Of a stretch of 32,000 bases of DNA, positions 1-8,252 are shown piece by piece (the first letter of the stretch is position 1; each line of letters opens with the position of its first letter). This stretch comes from Candidatus Saccharimonadota bacterium. Lineage in GTDB: Archaea > Nanohalarchaeota > Nanosalinia > Nanosalinales > Nanosalinaceae. The stretch covers positions 120,001-152,000 of the forward strand of contig CP012986.1 of assembly GCA_001761425.1 (NCBI GenBank), in the 5' to 3' direction. Position numbers and translations under genes: made by a program. A model generated the notes under the pieces. That model did not search any database. It saw only the letters and a program-made list of their open reading frames with translations, and had not been told where the DNA came from.

Positions 1-55
1 GGCCGATCACGGATGCAGATTCAAGGCAGTTAAAGAGCCTCTTACTGTAATTAAT

Positions 56-358
56 ATGGAAATTGGGTCTTTCTCCTCAAAATCTGAGACCTCTACCCCT
101 GGAAAGGACAAACTTACCGAAGAGTTCAGAGACGAACTAGAATCTGATAACAGGATTGCCTCGCAATATTACCTAAGTAGGGGAAAGGAACACCTGAAGT
201 TCAAGAACTTTGATAAATCCGAGGAAATGTTGAGAAAGGCCTTGAAACACGACAAGGCGAACCATCAGGCCTATATTTTCCTGCTCTCAGGTAAGATTGA
301 GAGAACAACAGGCCTGAATATGGTAGATCCCCTGGTAAAGATCAAGCACATGTTCTAG
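56..358 (+). CDS. hypothetical protein with one TPR-like helical repeat
   Basis: 100-aa ORF from the track. The segment ASQYYLSRGKEHLKFKNFDKSEEMLRKALKHDKANHQAYIFL has TPR-like hydrophobic spacing. No other motif seen. 4-nt tail-to-tail overlap with the next gene. Confidence 0.35.
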   Translation: MEIGSFSSKSETSTPGKDKLTEEFRDELESDNRIASQYYLSRGKEHLKFKNFDKSEEMLRKALKHDKANHQAYIFLLSGKIERTTGLNMVDPLVKIKHMF

Positions 359-1185
359 GTTACCTCAAGCCATGGTACAGTATACTGCTTTGGATTATCG
401 CTTTCTTCCTGGTGTCCCCAGTCGTTGTGTTCGCCCAAGGCCTCTCCATGGTCTGCAGTCACTACTACTTTGCCGTCCAGTTCTTCAACGAGGCGGGCTA
501 CTTGTTCCAAAGCCATCCTGAGGTCTTGTTCGTAGTGTTTGCGGACTTTTTCTTCTCCTATGTCCTGTACTAGTGCTCCCCAGTGAGGATTTTCGAGGCC
601 TAATGCGTCTTTGATTTTCCACCGTGTTCTGTAAGGTAGTTTCCAGAAGAATTTGCTCCAGTAAGGCCTTGTCATCTCGATCATCTTTCTCTTCGTACTG
701 GATTTCTCTGTTTCCTGGTCCTCTACTATCTGTTCCTGAAGGTTCCAGACTTTTTCTTCCTGTGGACAGCTAATGTAAGGCCTGTGTGGCTGGATATAAT
801 GTATTATTGTTTTTCTACCGTCCGATTCTTCTATTACTTTATCTGTCAGGTCTTCTGGTAGTACAGTGTTTTGTTCTTTGTTCCAGTCTGTTGCCCAGAC
901 GTCTTCGATCTCTCTGAAGGCCTTTGCCGGGTCCCAGTCCTCATGTGCTTTTCCGAGGCTGTTGATGTACGGATTTGCTGCGAAGTATCTGTAATTGTAT
1001 CTTGAGGTGAATGTTTTCGGCAGCCATTCCGGCGTCGAGGTTCCACGAGTTTTCACAGGCCTTAGATCGCCTTCGAGAAAGTCCTGATAGTTATCTCTGA
1101 AGTAATCGTACCGACATGCGTCTAAAACGATGAGGTAGTCCCAGTCGGATTCATGAATAGGCTGAATCTCAAGTTCCTCACTCAT
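355..1185 (-). CDS. alkaline-phosphatase-superfamily (sulfatase/NPP/PglZ-like metalloenzyme core) protein, paralog 1
   Basis: 276-aa ORF with an ATG start. Motifs: N-terminal metal-ligand strand DYLIVLDACRYD, candidate nucleophile region RGTSTPEWL, C-terminal VVVTADHGEALGEHNDWGH (ADHG...H pattern of the AP fold). Collinear end to end with the adjacent 283-aa paralog. Confidence 0.75.
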   Translation of the reverse strand: MSEELEIQPIHESDWDYLIVLDACRYDYFRDNYQDFLEGDLRPVKTRGTSTPEWLPKTFTSRYNYRYFAANPYINSLGKAHEDWDPAKAFREIEDVWATDWNKEQNTVLPEDLTDKVIEESDGRKTIIHYIQPHRPYISCPQEEKVWNLQEQIVEDQETEKSSTKRKMIEMTRPYWSKFFWKLPYRTRWKIKDALGLENPHWGALVQDIGEEKVRKHYEQDLRMALEQVARLVEELDGKVVVTADHGEALGEHNDWGHQEESDNPKQYTVPWLEVT

Positions 1186-1188
1186 TTT

Positions 1189-2040
1189 CTAGGCCTCCTT
1201 CTCTCTTACTTCCAGCCATGGAACGTTCAGTAGTTCGTCTTCATTTCCACCGATATAGTGGCCCCAGCCGCCCTCGCCGAGAAGTTCGCCGTGGTCCGCA
1301 GTCACTACTACTTTGCCATCAAGGCCTTCTATTAGTCTCTTTACTTCTTCTAATGCGAGTCTAAGGTCTTTCCTGTAGTATTCCTTGACTTTTTCCTCTC
1401 CTTTTTCTCTCGCTAGCTTCTCATAGTCGTTTCCAAGGCCCAATGCTCCTTTAATTTTTGCCTGGAATGTATAAGGTATGGACGAGAACACTGGGTCCCA
1501 GACAGGTCTTGTCGCATCCAGTGCTTTTCTCAAAACAGTTTCTTCTTCGTCTTCAAGCTTGTTTTTCGGCGCCCACTCAAAATTTTTCTCATTCATTGAG
1601 ATGAAAGGTCTGTGTGGCTGGATATAATGTATTACTGTTTTTGAGTATTCGAGGTTTTCCAGTGCTGTATCTGTCAGGTCTTCAGGCCTTACAGTGTTTA
1701 ATTCGTCGTCCCAGTCTTTTATCCAGGAGTCAACGACGTTCTGGAACTGTTCAGGCGCTTTCCAGCTCCAGTCTTCTCCGCTGACCAAGTCTCCAAGTGT
1801 GAGGCCTTCTCCGTTGATATATGGGTTCGCAGAGATGTAGTTGTAGCTGTATCTCCCTGTGAATGTATTTTTCAGCCACTCTGGTGTCGCAGATCCTCTT
1901 GACCTAACCTTCTTTAACTCGCCTTCTAGAAAGTCTTCGTACTCTTGTTCAAAAATGTCGTATCTGCATGCGTCCAGAACGATCAGGTAGTCCCAGTCTG
2001 CTTCGTTTACCGGTTGCATCTCGAGGCCTTCACTTGTCAT
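1189..2040 (-). CDS. alkaline-phosphatase-superfamily (sulfatase/NPP/PglZ-like metalloenzyme core) protein, paralog 2
   Basis: 283-aa ORF. Same motif set as paralog 1: DYLIVLDACRYD, RGSATPEWL, IHYIQPHRPF, VVVTADHGELLGEGGWGH. Only 3 nt separate it from paralog 1, and it overlaps the upstream glycosyltransferase gene by 11 nt. Confidence 0.75.
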   Translation of the reverse strand: MTSEGLEMQPVNEADWDYLIVLDACRYDIFEQEYEDFLEGELKKVRSRGSATPEWLKNTFTGRYSYNYISANPYINGEGLTLGDLVSGEDWSWKAPEQFQNVVDSWIKDWDDELNTVRPEDLTDTALENLEYSKTVIHYIQPHRPFISMNEKNFEWAPKNKLEDEEETVLRKALDATRPVWDPVFSSIPYTFQAKIKGALGLGNDYEKLAREKGEEKVKEYYRKDLRLALEEVKRLIEGLDGKVVVTADHGELLGEGGWGHYIGGNEDELLNVPWLEVREKEA

Positions 2041-2863
2041 CTCTTTTCTCCTCGTATTCTTCTACTAGCTGTTCGAAGCTTTTATCCTGTACTACTTCCA
2101 CGTTCTCGTATTCTTTTTCCAGCCATTCCGCAAAGTTTTTTTGATGGCCTCCAGCATGAGTTGAAGGCCTTACAACTACTTTTCCTGCTAGATTAGCTGC
2201 CTCATAGGAAGTCATTCCCCCGCGAGTTACTACTGTTTCCGTTCTCCCCATTAACTCAAGGAACTCTTCGTGTGATACGTCTTTCCAGTACTTTTCCTGT
2301 AACTCAGGATCATTGCTGGAGGGAATTATCAGTAACTCATTATCCTTCTCCTCACTTTTGTGTTCGGAGAAATCTCTGTACTGTATAATTTCTTTATTCT
2401 CCACTTCTTCCGTATCGTATTTGTCCAGGAGTTCGTCCTGGGAGACCCATACGCGCGTACTTGATAACTTGGAAAGTATCTTCGGTGTCAAACTCGGCTG
2501 TTTCGTCCGGTTTTCCGCCTCTACAGCGGTGACTTCTATGCCTTTCAATCCTGCCAGAAGTCCGATTGGGAAAGAAGTGTTCGCGCCGTACACTACTACT
2601 TTTTCAGGCCTTTCTTTTCTCAGTATCTTCCAGCTCCTGTAGAAGTTTTTCAGTGTCCTTAGAGGCCTATACATTTTTCCGCCTGTAGGCCTGAAACTCG
2701 GTACCTTATAGACTTTTTCTGCGAAGCTGTAGTCGTACTCGTCCTCGTGGTCTGTTACGACTATGTATTCCTGTTCTTCTACTTCCTCTTCCAAGCGAGC
2801 TTTGACTGCCGGTGTGGCTGTTGCGTGGCCCGAGTGTCTGGATCCTAGTATTATTTTGGTCAT
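2030..2863 (-). CDS. fused Alg14-like / Alg13-like (GT28 C-terminal domain) glycosyltransferase
   Basis: 277-aa ORF. The N-half (KVVVYGANTSFPIGLLAGLKGIEVTAVEAENRTKQPSLTPKIL) resembles the Alg14/EpsE-type half. The C-half (VVTRGGMTSYEAANLAGKVVVRPSTHAGGHQKNFAEWL) resembles the MurG/Alg13 Glyco_tran_28_C nucleotide-sugar-binding half. 4-nt ATGA-type overlap with the upstream gene. Confidence 0.75.
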   Translation of the reverse strand: MTKIILGSRHSGHATATPAVKARLEEEVEEQEYIVVTDHEDEYDYSFAEKVYKVPSFRPTGGKMYRPLRTLKNFYRSWKILRKERPEKVVVYGANTSFPIGLLAGLKGIEVTAVEAENRTKQPSLTPKILSKLSSTRVWVSQDELLDKYDTEEVENKEIIQYRDFSEHKSEEKDNELLIIPSSNDPELQEKYWKDVSHEEFLELMGRTETVVTRGGMTSYEAANLAGKVVVRPSTHAGGHQKNFAEWLEKEYENVEVVQDKSFEQLVEEYEEKRDDK

Positions 2864-3603
2864 GGCTTCAACTTCTTGATGTAGTTTTTCGCCAGGTTTA
2901 TGGCTGAAGATCCTGCTGCCTGTTCGATGTGGTAGATGTAGGCATCCGCTACTTTTTCATCGTTCCATTCCAGTACATGGTCTTTTTTCTCCATCTCGTG
3001 GATCTTGAGGTCAGAGACTGCGAGTGCGAGTGCGTACTGTTCGTGGTGGTTGACCTTTCCTTTCTGGAAATCCAGATCCTGTGAAACGTATTTTGACCAG
3101 TCATCCTGTATTTTTTTGTGGGCTTTCTGCTTGAAGACTAGGAAGCCGGCGTTTGGCATCCAGTCCAGGTAAGGCCTGTCTCTTTCCTCGAACAGTTTTT
3201 TCCAACCTTTTTGATCGTTGAAGCGGTGAGCTGGCCTCGCTTTGAACTCGAAGTCTCCTTCCAAGACTTCCCATATATTATTACCTACAATGGTATCGCA
3301 GTCGAGGAACACCACGTTCTCCGAGTCTATGTTACATAGATTGATTTTTTCGCCGTAATGACTTTCAGGTAGAGATCTTGATACGTTGAAGGCCTCTGTC
3401 TGGTTTTCCTTCTTAATCAGTTCTGCTCCTGTTTCTCTCAAGGCCTCTTCGTCTTCTTCGTTGTATGGTGGTGTGTAGAATATCTTGATTTTTTTTGCGT
3501 CTACATAATGTTTGAGTGTCGCGATCGATCGAAGGCATTGCTGGATCATTCCTTTTCTACTGCTGAGTGTATATGCGAACACTGTGTTTTCCTCTAGCGA
3601 CAC
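2860..3603 (-). CDS. GT-A fold nucleotide-diphospho-sugar transferase (GT8-like, DxD motif)
   Basis: 247-aa ORF with a GTG start at 3603. VVFLDCDTIV is a DxD motif in the context typical of GT8-like transferases. First large gene of the four-gene minus-strand operon. Confidence 0.7.
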   Translation of the reverse strand: MSLEENTVFAYTLSSRKGMIQQCLRSIATLKHYVDAKKIKIFYTPPYNEEDEEALRETGAELIKKENQTEAFNVSRSLPESHYGEKINLCNIDSENVVFLDCDTIVGNNIWEVLEGDFEFKARPAHRFNDQKGWKKLFEERDRPYLDWMPNAGFLVFKQKAHKKIQDDWSKYVSQDLDFQKGKVNHHEQYALALAVSDLKIHEMEKKDHVLEWNDEKVADAYIYHIEQAAGSSAINLAKNYIKKLKP

Positions 3604-3673
3604 GTTTCCACCTAAAGAAAAAATTGTCTCTCTGTTTTTATTAGTCTGTCAGAATATTTCCAGAAACGGAAGT

Positions 3674-3856
3674 TTAGAGGACTCCTACCAGTGCGGAAAG
3701 AAAGTTGAATATCATTCGGAAGATAGCGAACACGAAGCGTGCGACAGCTATTATAGAACCTGCTACGAAGTTCGCAGCCATTTTCTTCCGGTTACTAGGT
3801 GCATACTCGGATTCTCCGCTGTGCCCGTGTCCACTCACTACCTGGAATGTATGCAT
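3674..3856 (-). CDS. possible small membrane protein
   Basis: 60-aa ATG ORF with a hydrophobic C-terminal helix (FVAGSIIAVARFVFAIFRMIFNFLSALVGVL). Lies between the origin and the glycosylation operon. No homology recognised. Confidence 0.3.
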   Translation of the reverse strand: MHTFQVVSGHGHSGESEYAPSNRKKMAANFVAGSIIAVARFVFAIFRMIFNFLSALVGVL

Positions 3857-3918
3857 CAGGATTTATACAACTGATTATGAGAGGCCTTGTTGTCACTGAG
3901 GCAGGGATGTTAACTGAT

Positions 3919-3942
3919 TCTCCACATGAAATCAGGGGGTCC
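3919..3942 (+). repeat. origin recognition box (ORB) copy a
   Basis: Sequence tctccacatgaaatcagggggtcc. Matches the other two copies and the archaeal ORB pattern (TTCCA..GAAA....GGGGG). Confidence 0.7.
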
Positions 3943-4187
3943 AGAAGGATTTTCATGGAGACCTGAGTTCGGAAACGAGAGCTAAGAAGTCCGTGGAAAA
4001 AACAGGAATTTCTGAAAAGGTTATAGCAAAACATATTCACTAGACTTCTGCAATCTCTGAACTCGACGAAATATAACGGTGTAATATACAAAGGCCTTCT
4101 AGCGGAATCAGCCTCTTACCAAGAAGGATTAGGGCGTTAGTGGAATTTGGCTAGTTCCGTGATCTTGATTTACGAGGTAGATATCCG

Positions 4188-4211
4188 CCCACCCCCTCGT
4201 TTCAAGTGGAA
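4188..4211 (-). repeat. origin recognition box (ORB) copy b, inverted
   Basis: The reverse complement reads ttccacttgaaacgagggggtggg. Its TTCCAC end faces the AT-rich element. Confidence 0.7.
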
Positions 4212-4228
4212 GAAAGTTTCTGGGCCGG

Positions 4229-4300
4229 AAATTCTGATATAACACTGCTATCTGATATAACAACGTTATTATTATATTACACTGTTATACTGTGTAACTT
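4229..4300. other. AT-rich candidate duplex unwinding element
   Basis: Visibly AT-rich run (ttctgatataacactgctatctgatataacaacgttattattatattacactgttatactgtgtaac). Contains the direct repeat ctgatataaca at 4234-4244 and 4252-4262. Flanked by inverted ORBs b and c. Confidence 0.55.
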
Positions 4301-4314
4301 TCGGCAATCTCATT

Positions 4315-4343
4315 TTCCACACGAAATCAGGGGGTGGGGGTCC
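4315..4343 (+). repeat. origin recognition box (ORB) copy c
   Basis: Sequence ttccacacgaaatcagggggtgggggtcc. Its TTCCAC end faces the AT-rich element, mirroring copy b. Confidence 0.75.
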
Positions 4344-4447
4344 CTCTTACCTTGGCTTCGGATGGAAGGGATTATAAACCTTAGTTTCAAGTAGAAAACA
4401 CACGGGGAAAAAATGAGTTTTATTTCTGATTTCACGGAGGGGGTTCG

Positions 4448-5656
4448 ATGAGTCAGAGTAATCTTAAGTCGATGTTTTCAAATTACATCGACAAGGATTC
4501 GGTCTTCAAGAATAAGGATGCTCTGACCACTAGCTATAAACCAGACAATATTCTGCATAGAGAGGAGCAGATCAATGACTTAGCGTCTATCCTGGCGCCT
4601 TCGCTCAAGGGAAATGATCCTAGCAACGTCTTTCTCTACGGCTCTGTTGGGACAGGTAAGACACTGGTCGTCCAGCATGTTACGGACGAGTTGAGAAGTG
4701 TTGCCAGCGAACAGGAAATAGATCTAAACATACTATACATTAACTGCAAGATGAAGAAGGTCGCGGACACTGAATACCGTCTTCTTGCCAAACTTGCTAG
4801 ACAGCTTGGAGAGGAAGTACCTTCTACAGGCCTTCCTACGGACGAGATCTACAACCGTTTCTTCGAGGCTCTAAAAGATCAGGGAGGCGTGGTTGTCATC
4901 GCACTGGACGAGATCGACGCGCTTGTGAAGAAGGTCGGCGACGAGTTCCTTTACAACCTTACAAGGATCAACGATGATCTTGAGGATACGAAGGTCTCGA
5001 TCCTGGGTATCTCAAACGACCTGAATTTCACAGATTATATGGATTCAAGGGTAAAGTCGTCTCTTTCGGAGGAGGAGATTATCTTCGCGCCTTATAATGC
5101 GATAGAGCTGAGAGAGATTTTACGTGACAGGACAGAGAAGGCCTTTGTCGAGGGATCTCTCCAGGACGGTGTTATCTCGAAATGTTCGGCTCTGGCTGCC
5201 CAGGAGCACGGTGACGCAAGAAGAGCTCTTGATCTTTTGCGTGTCGCAGGAGAGCTTGCGGAAAGATCCGAGGTTGAGAAGATCGAGAAAGAACATGTTA
5301 ACAAGGCCCAGAGCAAGATTGAGCGTGACAGAGTGGTTGAAACTGTTAGAAGTCAGCCGAAGCACTCGAAGCTGGTCCTGTATACTATACTTGATATGAC
5401 AGAGGATAAAGATGAGATCGCGACAGGTGACGTGTACAGCGAGTACAAGGAACTCTGTCAGGGCGTTGATGTCTCTGAACTGACCCAGAGACGTGTTTCA
5501 GGCCTTATATCTGAGCTGGATATGCTTGGAGTTGTAAACGCTAAAGTGATCAGCAAGGGTCGTTACGGTCGTACAAGGCAGATCAGTGTTGATCTGTCGG
5601 AGAACATCAGATCCAGGCTTGAAGAGATGGTAGAGGAGAAATTCTACATCGAGTAA
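4448..5656 (+). CDS. orc1: Orc1/Cdc6 replication initiator (AAA+ plus C-terminal winged helix)
   Basis: 402 aa. Walker A GSVGTGKT, Walker B VVVIALDEID, sensor region GDARRALDLLR, and the typical N-terminal YKPDNILHREEQI motif. Confidence 0.95.
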   Translation: MSQSNLKSMFSNYIDKDSVFKNKDALTTSYKPDNILHREEQINDLASILAPSLKGNDPSNVFLYGSVGTGKTLVVQHVTDELRSVASEQEIDLNILYINCKMKKVADTEYRLLAKLARQLGEEVPSTGLPTDEIYNRFFEALKDQGGVVVIALDEIDALVKKVGDEFLYNLTRINDDLEDTKVSILGISNDLNFTDYMDSRVKSSLSEEEIIFAPYNAIELREILRDRTEKAFVEGSLQDGVISKCSALAAQEHGDARRALDLLRVAGELAERSEVEKIEKEHVNKAQSKIERDRVVETVRSQPKHSKLVLYTILDMTEDKDEIATGDVYSEYKELCQGVDVSELTQRRVSGLISELDMLGVVNAKVISKGRYGRTRQISVDLSENIRSRLEEMVEEKFYIE

Positions 5657-5688
5657 GGCCTTTCAGACAGAGAGGGGGATTTTTGGTA

Positions 5689-7455
5689 ATGAAAGAGAAC
5701 GCTGTAAAAGAACTGACTAAACAGGGATGTATGGTTGGAAGAGAAGCTGCAGATATGCTGACGGAAGAAGACGTAGAGTTGATCCGCCAGCTTGATACCA
5801 CACCCATGTATATCTCTAAGAATATGATTTCCAACCTCCGCAGCAAGATGTCCCAGCAGGCCTCTAAAAAGAAACAGGTTGTCAAGGCGACCGCTGATGG
5901 AGGTACTGAGGTAGAGCAGGAGACTTCTTCTGTGCCTGGCGATTCTTCTCCTGAGGCTGTTTCCGAGACTGATATAAGTGAAGGACAAACTACTGAACAG
6001 GAGGGGAAGATGGACGACAGTGTAATAGTTTCAGAAACTTCTGAGGAGGAAAAGGCCTCTGAAGACGAAGTAGAGGAAAATTCTGAAGATTCCTCAGGAG
6101 ATAAGGCCTTGGATGAAGAAGTCGATGAGAGTAAACTGAATAATGACATTGATGATGGTCAGGATGAGATCTACGAGAGGAAGAGTTCCCATTTCTCGAA
6201 GGATAAAACTGTAGAACTGCGTGATTCCGGCGATAGGGATGGGATGCGTACGAAGGTCGAGGTCATGGACGAGTACGATATCAATAAAGAGGAGAAAGAT
6301 GTCCCGGAGTTTCTTTCTTACTATAACGACCGATATGACAGGATGAGAAAGCTGTTAACGCGCAGGACCCAGCTCCAGTCTGCTACAACTATCAAACGGC
6401 TGAAGAACAGGGATGAAGGCGAGCAGGCGACTACTGTAGGCCTTGTAAATGACAAGTACTCCACTTCCTCAGGTAAATACATAGTTGAGATAGAAGATAA
6501 GACCGGAACGTTCAAGGCCCTGGTCGATGAGAGAGAAGGTGATATGATTGTTCCGGATGAGATGATAGGTTTACAGGGGAATATGGGCGGTGATATTATC
6601 TATGCTAATAATGTTGTGAGGCCTGATCTTCCTATTCCTCAGGGACAGACTGCTACGACTGAGGAAGACGTTAAGGCTGCTTATATCTCTGATCTGCATA
6701 TTGGTTCGGAGGATACTCTTCATGAGCGTATGAACCGTTTTGCTGACTGGCTCAGCACTGATGCAGCTTCTGATATCGGTTACCTCGTAATTGCCGGTGA
6801 CCTGGTGGAAGGTGTCGGCATCTATCCTGGCCAGGAGGAGGAACTGGAGGTTGCAGATATCTATGACCAGTACGAGATGTTTGAGGACTGGGTTGACAGG
6901 ATTCCAGAAGATATACAGATTATAGCTGGTCCTGGAAACCACGATATCACACGCCTGTCTGAGCCCCAGCCCAGGATACAGGAAGATGTCTTCCCACGTA
7001 TAAAGGACTACGATAACTTCCACAGGGTTCAGAATCCGCAGACTGTCCGCTTACATGGAATCGAGAGCAAAGGCCTCAAGCACCTGATGTATCACGGCTA
7101 CAGCTTCGATGACCATGTGGACAGGATCCAGGAGCTGCGTGAAAACGCGTACGATGAGCCTGAAAGAGTTATGATCGACCTTCTGAAGAGGAGGCATCTA
7201 GCTCCTACATATGGTTCCAATCAACTGTCCCCAGAAGCTGTAGACCACATGGTGGTTGAGGAAGAACCTGATGTGATGGTCTCCGGACATTTCCACAGCC
7301 ACGCAGTAAGCAGTTACAAAGGAGTAAACGTGGTATGTTCAAGTACTTTCCAGGCCCAGACGGATTTCCAGAAACGCGTAGGCCACGAACCAGATCCTGG
7401 AAAAGTGACACTCATGAATTTCAAGAACAGGAAGACAGAGGTAAAACAGTTCTAA
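5689..7455 (+). CDS. polD1: DNA polymerase II (PolD) small subunit DP1
   Basis: C-terminal calcineurin-like phosphoesterase motifs (YISDLHIGS, VIAGDLVEG, GPGNHD, VSGHFH) and an OB-fold region. ATG at 5689 is preferred over the track's TTG at 5683 because a gaggggga Shine-Dalgarno-like box lies about 9 nt upstream. An acidic low-complexity insertion follows the N-terminal helical domain. Confidence 0.9.
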   Translation: MKENAVKELTKQGCMVGREAADMLTEEDVELIRQLDTTPMYISKNMISNLRSKMSQQASKKKQVVKATADGGTEVEQETSSVPGDSSPEAVSETDISEGQTTEQEGKMDDSVIVSETSEEEKASEDEVEENSEDSSGDKALDEEVDESKLNNDIDDGQDEIYERKSSHFSKDKTVELRDSGDRDGMRTKVEVMDEYDINKEEKDVPEFLSYYNDRYDRMRKLLTRRTQLQSATTIKRLKNRDEGEQATTVGLVNDKYSTSSGKYIVEIEDKTGTFKALVDEREGDMIVPDEMIGLQGNMGGDIIYANNVVRPDLPIPQGQTATTEEDVKAAYISDLHIGSEDTLHERMNRFADWLSTDAASDIGYLVIAGDLVEGVGIYPGQEEELEVADIYDQYEMFEDWVDRIPEDIQIIAGPGNHDITRLSEPQPRIQEDVFPRIKDYDNFHRVQNPQTVRLHGIESKGLKHLMYHGYSFDDHVDRIQELRENAYDEPERVMIDLLKRRHLAPTYGSNQLSPEAVDHMVVEEEPDVMVSGHFHSHAVSSYKGVNVVCSSTFQAQTDFQKRVGHEPDPGKVTLMNFKNRKTEVKQF

Positions 7456-8252
7456 TGACAGAAATAGATGTACTATCCGGAAAAGATGATTTCGAAAAAC
7501 TTGAAAACGAAAAAGTAGTTTTAGTAGATGTAGAGGGAACTGTAACACCTGGAGGAAGGCATGTGCCAAAAAATCCAAGGCCTGAACATGTCTATCAAGT
7601 CTTTGAGGGAGAGACCTTTGAAGTAAAGACCGATCTCGGTTACTGGAGCGGACTGCACCTTTTAGCCGGAGAAAGACCATCAGAGTACTTCCAGAGAGTA
7701 GACAAATGGTGGAACGGCCAGATAACTCGTGAAGAGTTCGAGGAGAAAAACGTCAACCAGTTGAACCAGCTTCTGGACCGGAGCGACCACGAAACCGCCC
7801 AGGACCTTGTGGAATGGTACAACCGGTCTTTCCTGAATCTCAGGGAGAAAAGCCCGGAGCTAGTAAAGGCCTTCCACTCGGAAGAATTTTCTGTAGGTGT
7901 TCTTTCACATACTTCGGAAAGCCTGTCTATTACAGCAGCTGAACAGCTTGATGCAGACTTCGTCGTTCCTTCATGGACTTTTCAGTTCGAGGAAGGCCGT
8001 TTCGAATTCATAGAGAAAGAAATATATGCAGACGACAAGAGCGAGGTCGTCGATGAGATGAAAGAAGCAGGAGTAGAAGAAATTTACTTTGTAGGTAACG
8101 GAGAGAACGATATAGATATCTGTGAAAGAGCTGACCAGGCCTTCATGATAGAGAACAAGGAACAGATTAACTACGAACAGCTTGACGCAGATTCAGGAGA
8201 ATTTAAAGAGGTAGTTAAGAAGGTCAGGGAACGTCTGGGAGGTAATAACTGA
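7455..8252 (+). CDS. HAD-superfamily hydrolase-like protein
   Basis: Start taken at ATG 7455, sharing one base with the polD1 TAA stop (taATG). Motif I-like VLVDVEGTVT (D-x-E instead of D-x-D), motif II VGVLSHTS, motif IV FVGNGENDIDI. The stop overlaps the polD2 start (ATGA). Confidence 0.8.
   Translation: MTEIDVLSGKDDFEKLENEKVVLVDVEGTVTPGGRHVPKNPRPEHVYQVFEGETFEVKTDLGYWSGLHLLAGERPSEYFQRVDKWWNGQITREEFEEKNVNQLNQLLDRSDHETAQDLVEWYNRSFLNLREKSPELVKAFHSEEFSVGVLSHTSESLSITAAEQLDADFVVPSWTFQFEEGRFEFIEKEIYADDKSEVVDEMKEAGVEEIYFVGNGENDIDICERADQAFMIENKEQINYEQLDADSGEFKEVVKKVRERLGGNN

Larger units (their letters stand above)
3919..4343. promoter_or_regulatory. chromosomal replication origin (oriC) upstream of orc1/cdc6
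   Basis: Three ORB-type elements share TCCAC-NN-GAAAY-NA-GGGGGT. Two of them sit in inverted orientation around an AT-rich stretch. The region is directly 5' of orc1/cdc6, and gene strand polarity switches here. Confidence 0.75.

Noticed and set aside
3512-4394. ORFs 3512-3874(+), 3705-3899(+), 3795-4091(-) and 4206-4394(+)
   Set aside because: They run antisense to the GT gene or across the ORB boxes and the AT-rich unwinding element. Their composition is atypical, so the region is better explained as an origin and promoter zone.
4424-4445. tctgatttcacggagggggttc as a fourth (mini) ORB
   Set aside because: It has only the TTCAC and G-string halves without the GAAA spacer. The ggaggggg lies 5-12 nt before the orc1 ATG and is equally well explained as a Shine-Dalgarno-like box.
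5607-6149. Long minus-strand ORFs (180 aa and 114 aa) antisense to the start of polD1
   Set aside because: They are Ser-rich, low-complexity mirror images of the acidic GAA/GAG/GAT-rich coding strand. They sit entirely inside a confidently assigned gene and have no motifs.
7335-7454. N-terminal extension of the HAD-like ORF (track start 7335)
   Set aside because: The extension lies wholly inside the polD1 coding region in another frame. The ATG at 7455 gives the classic stop/start overlap, and the HAD motif I follows shortly after it.
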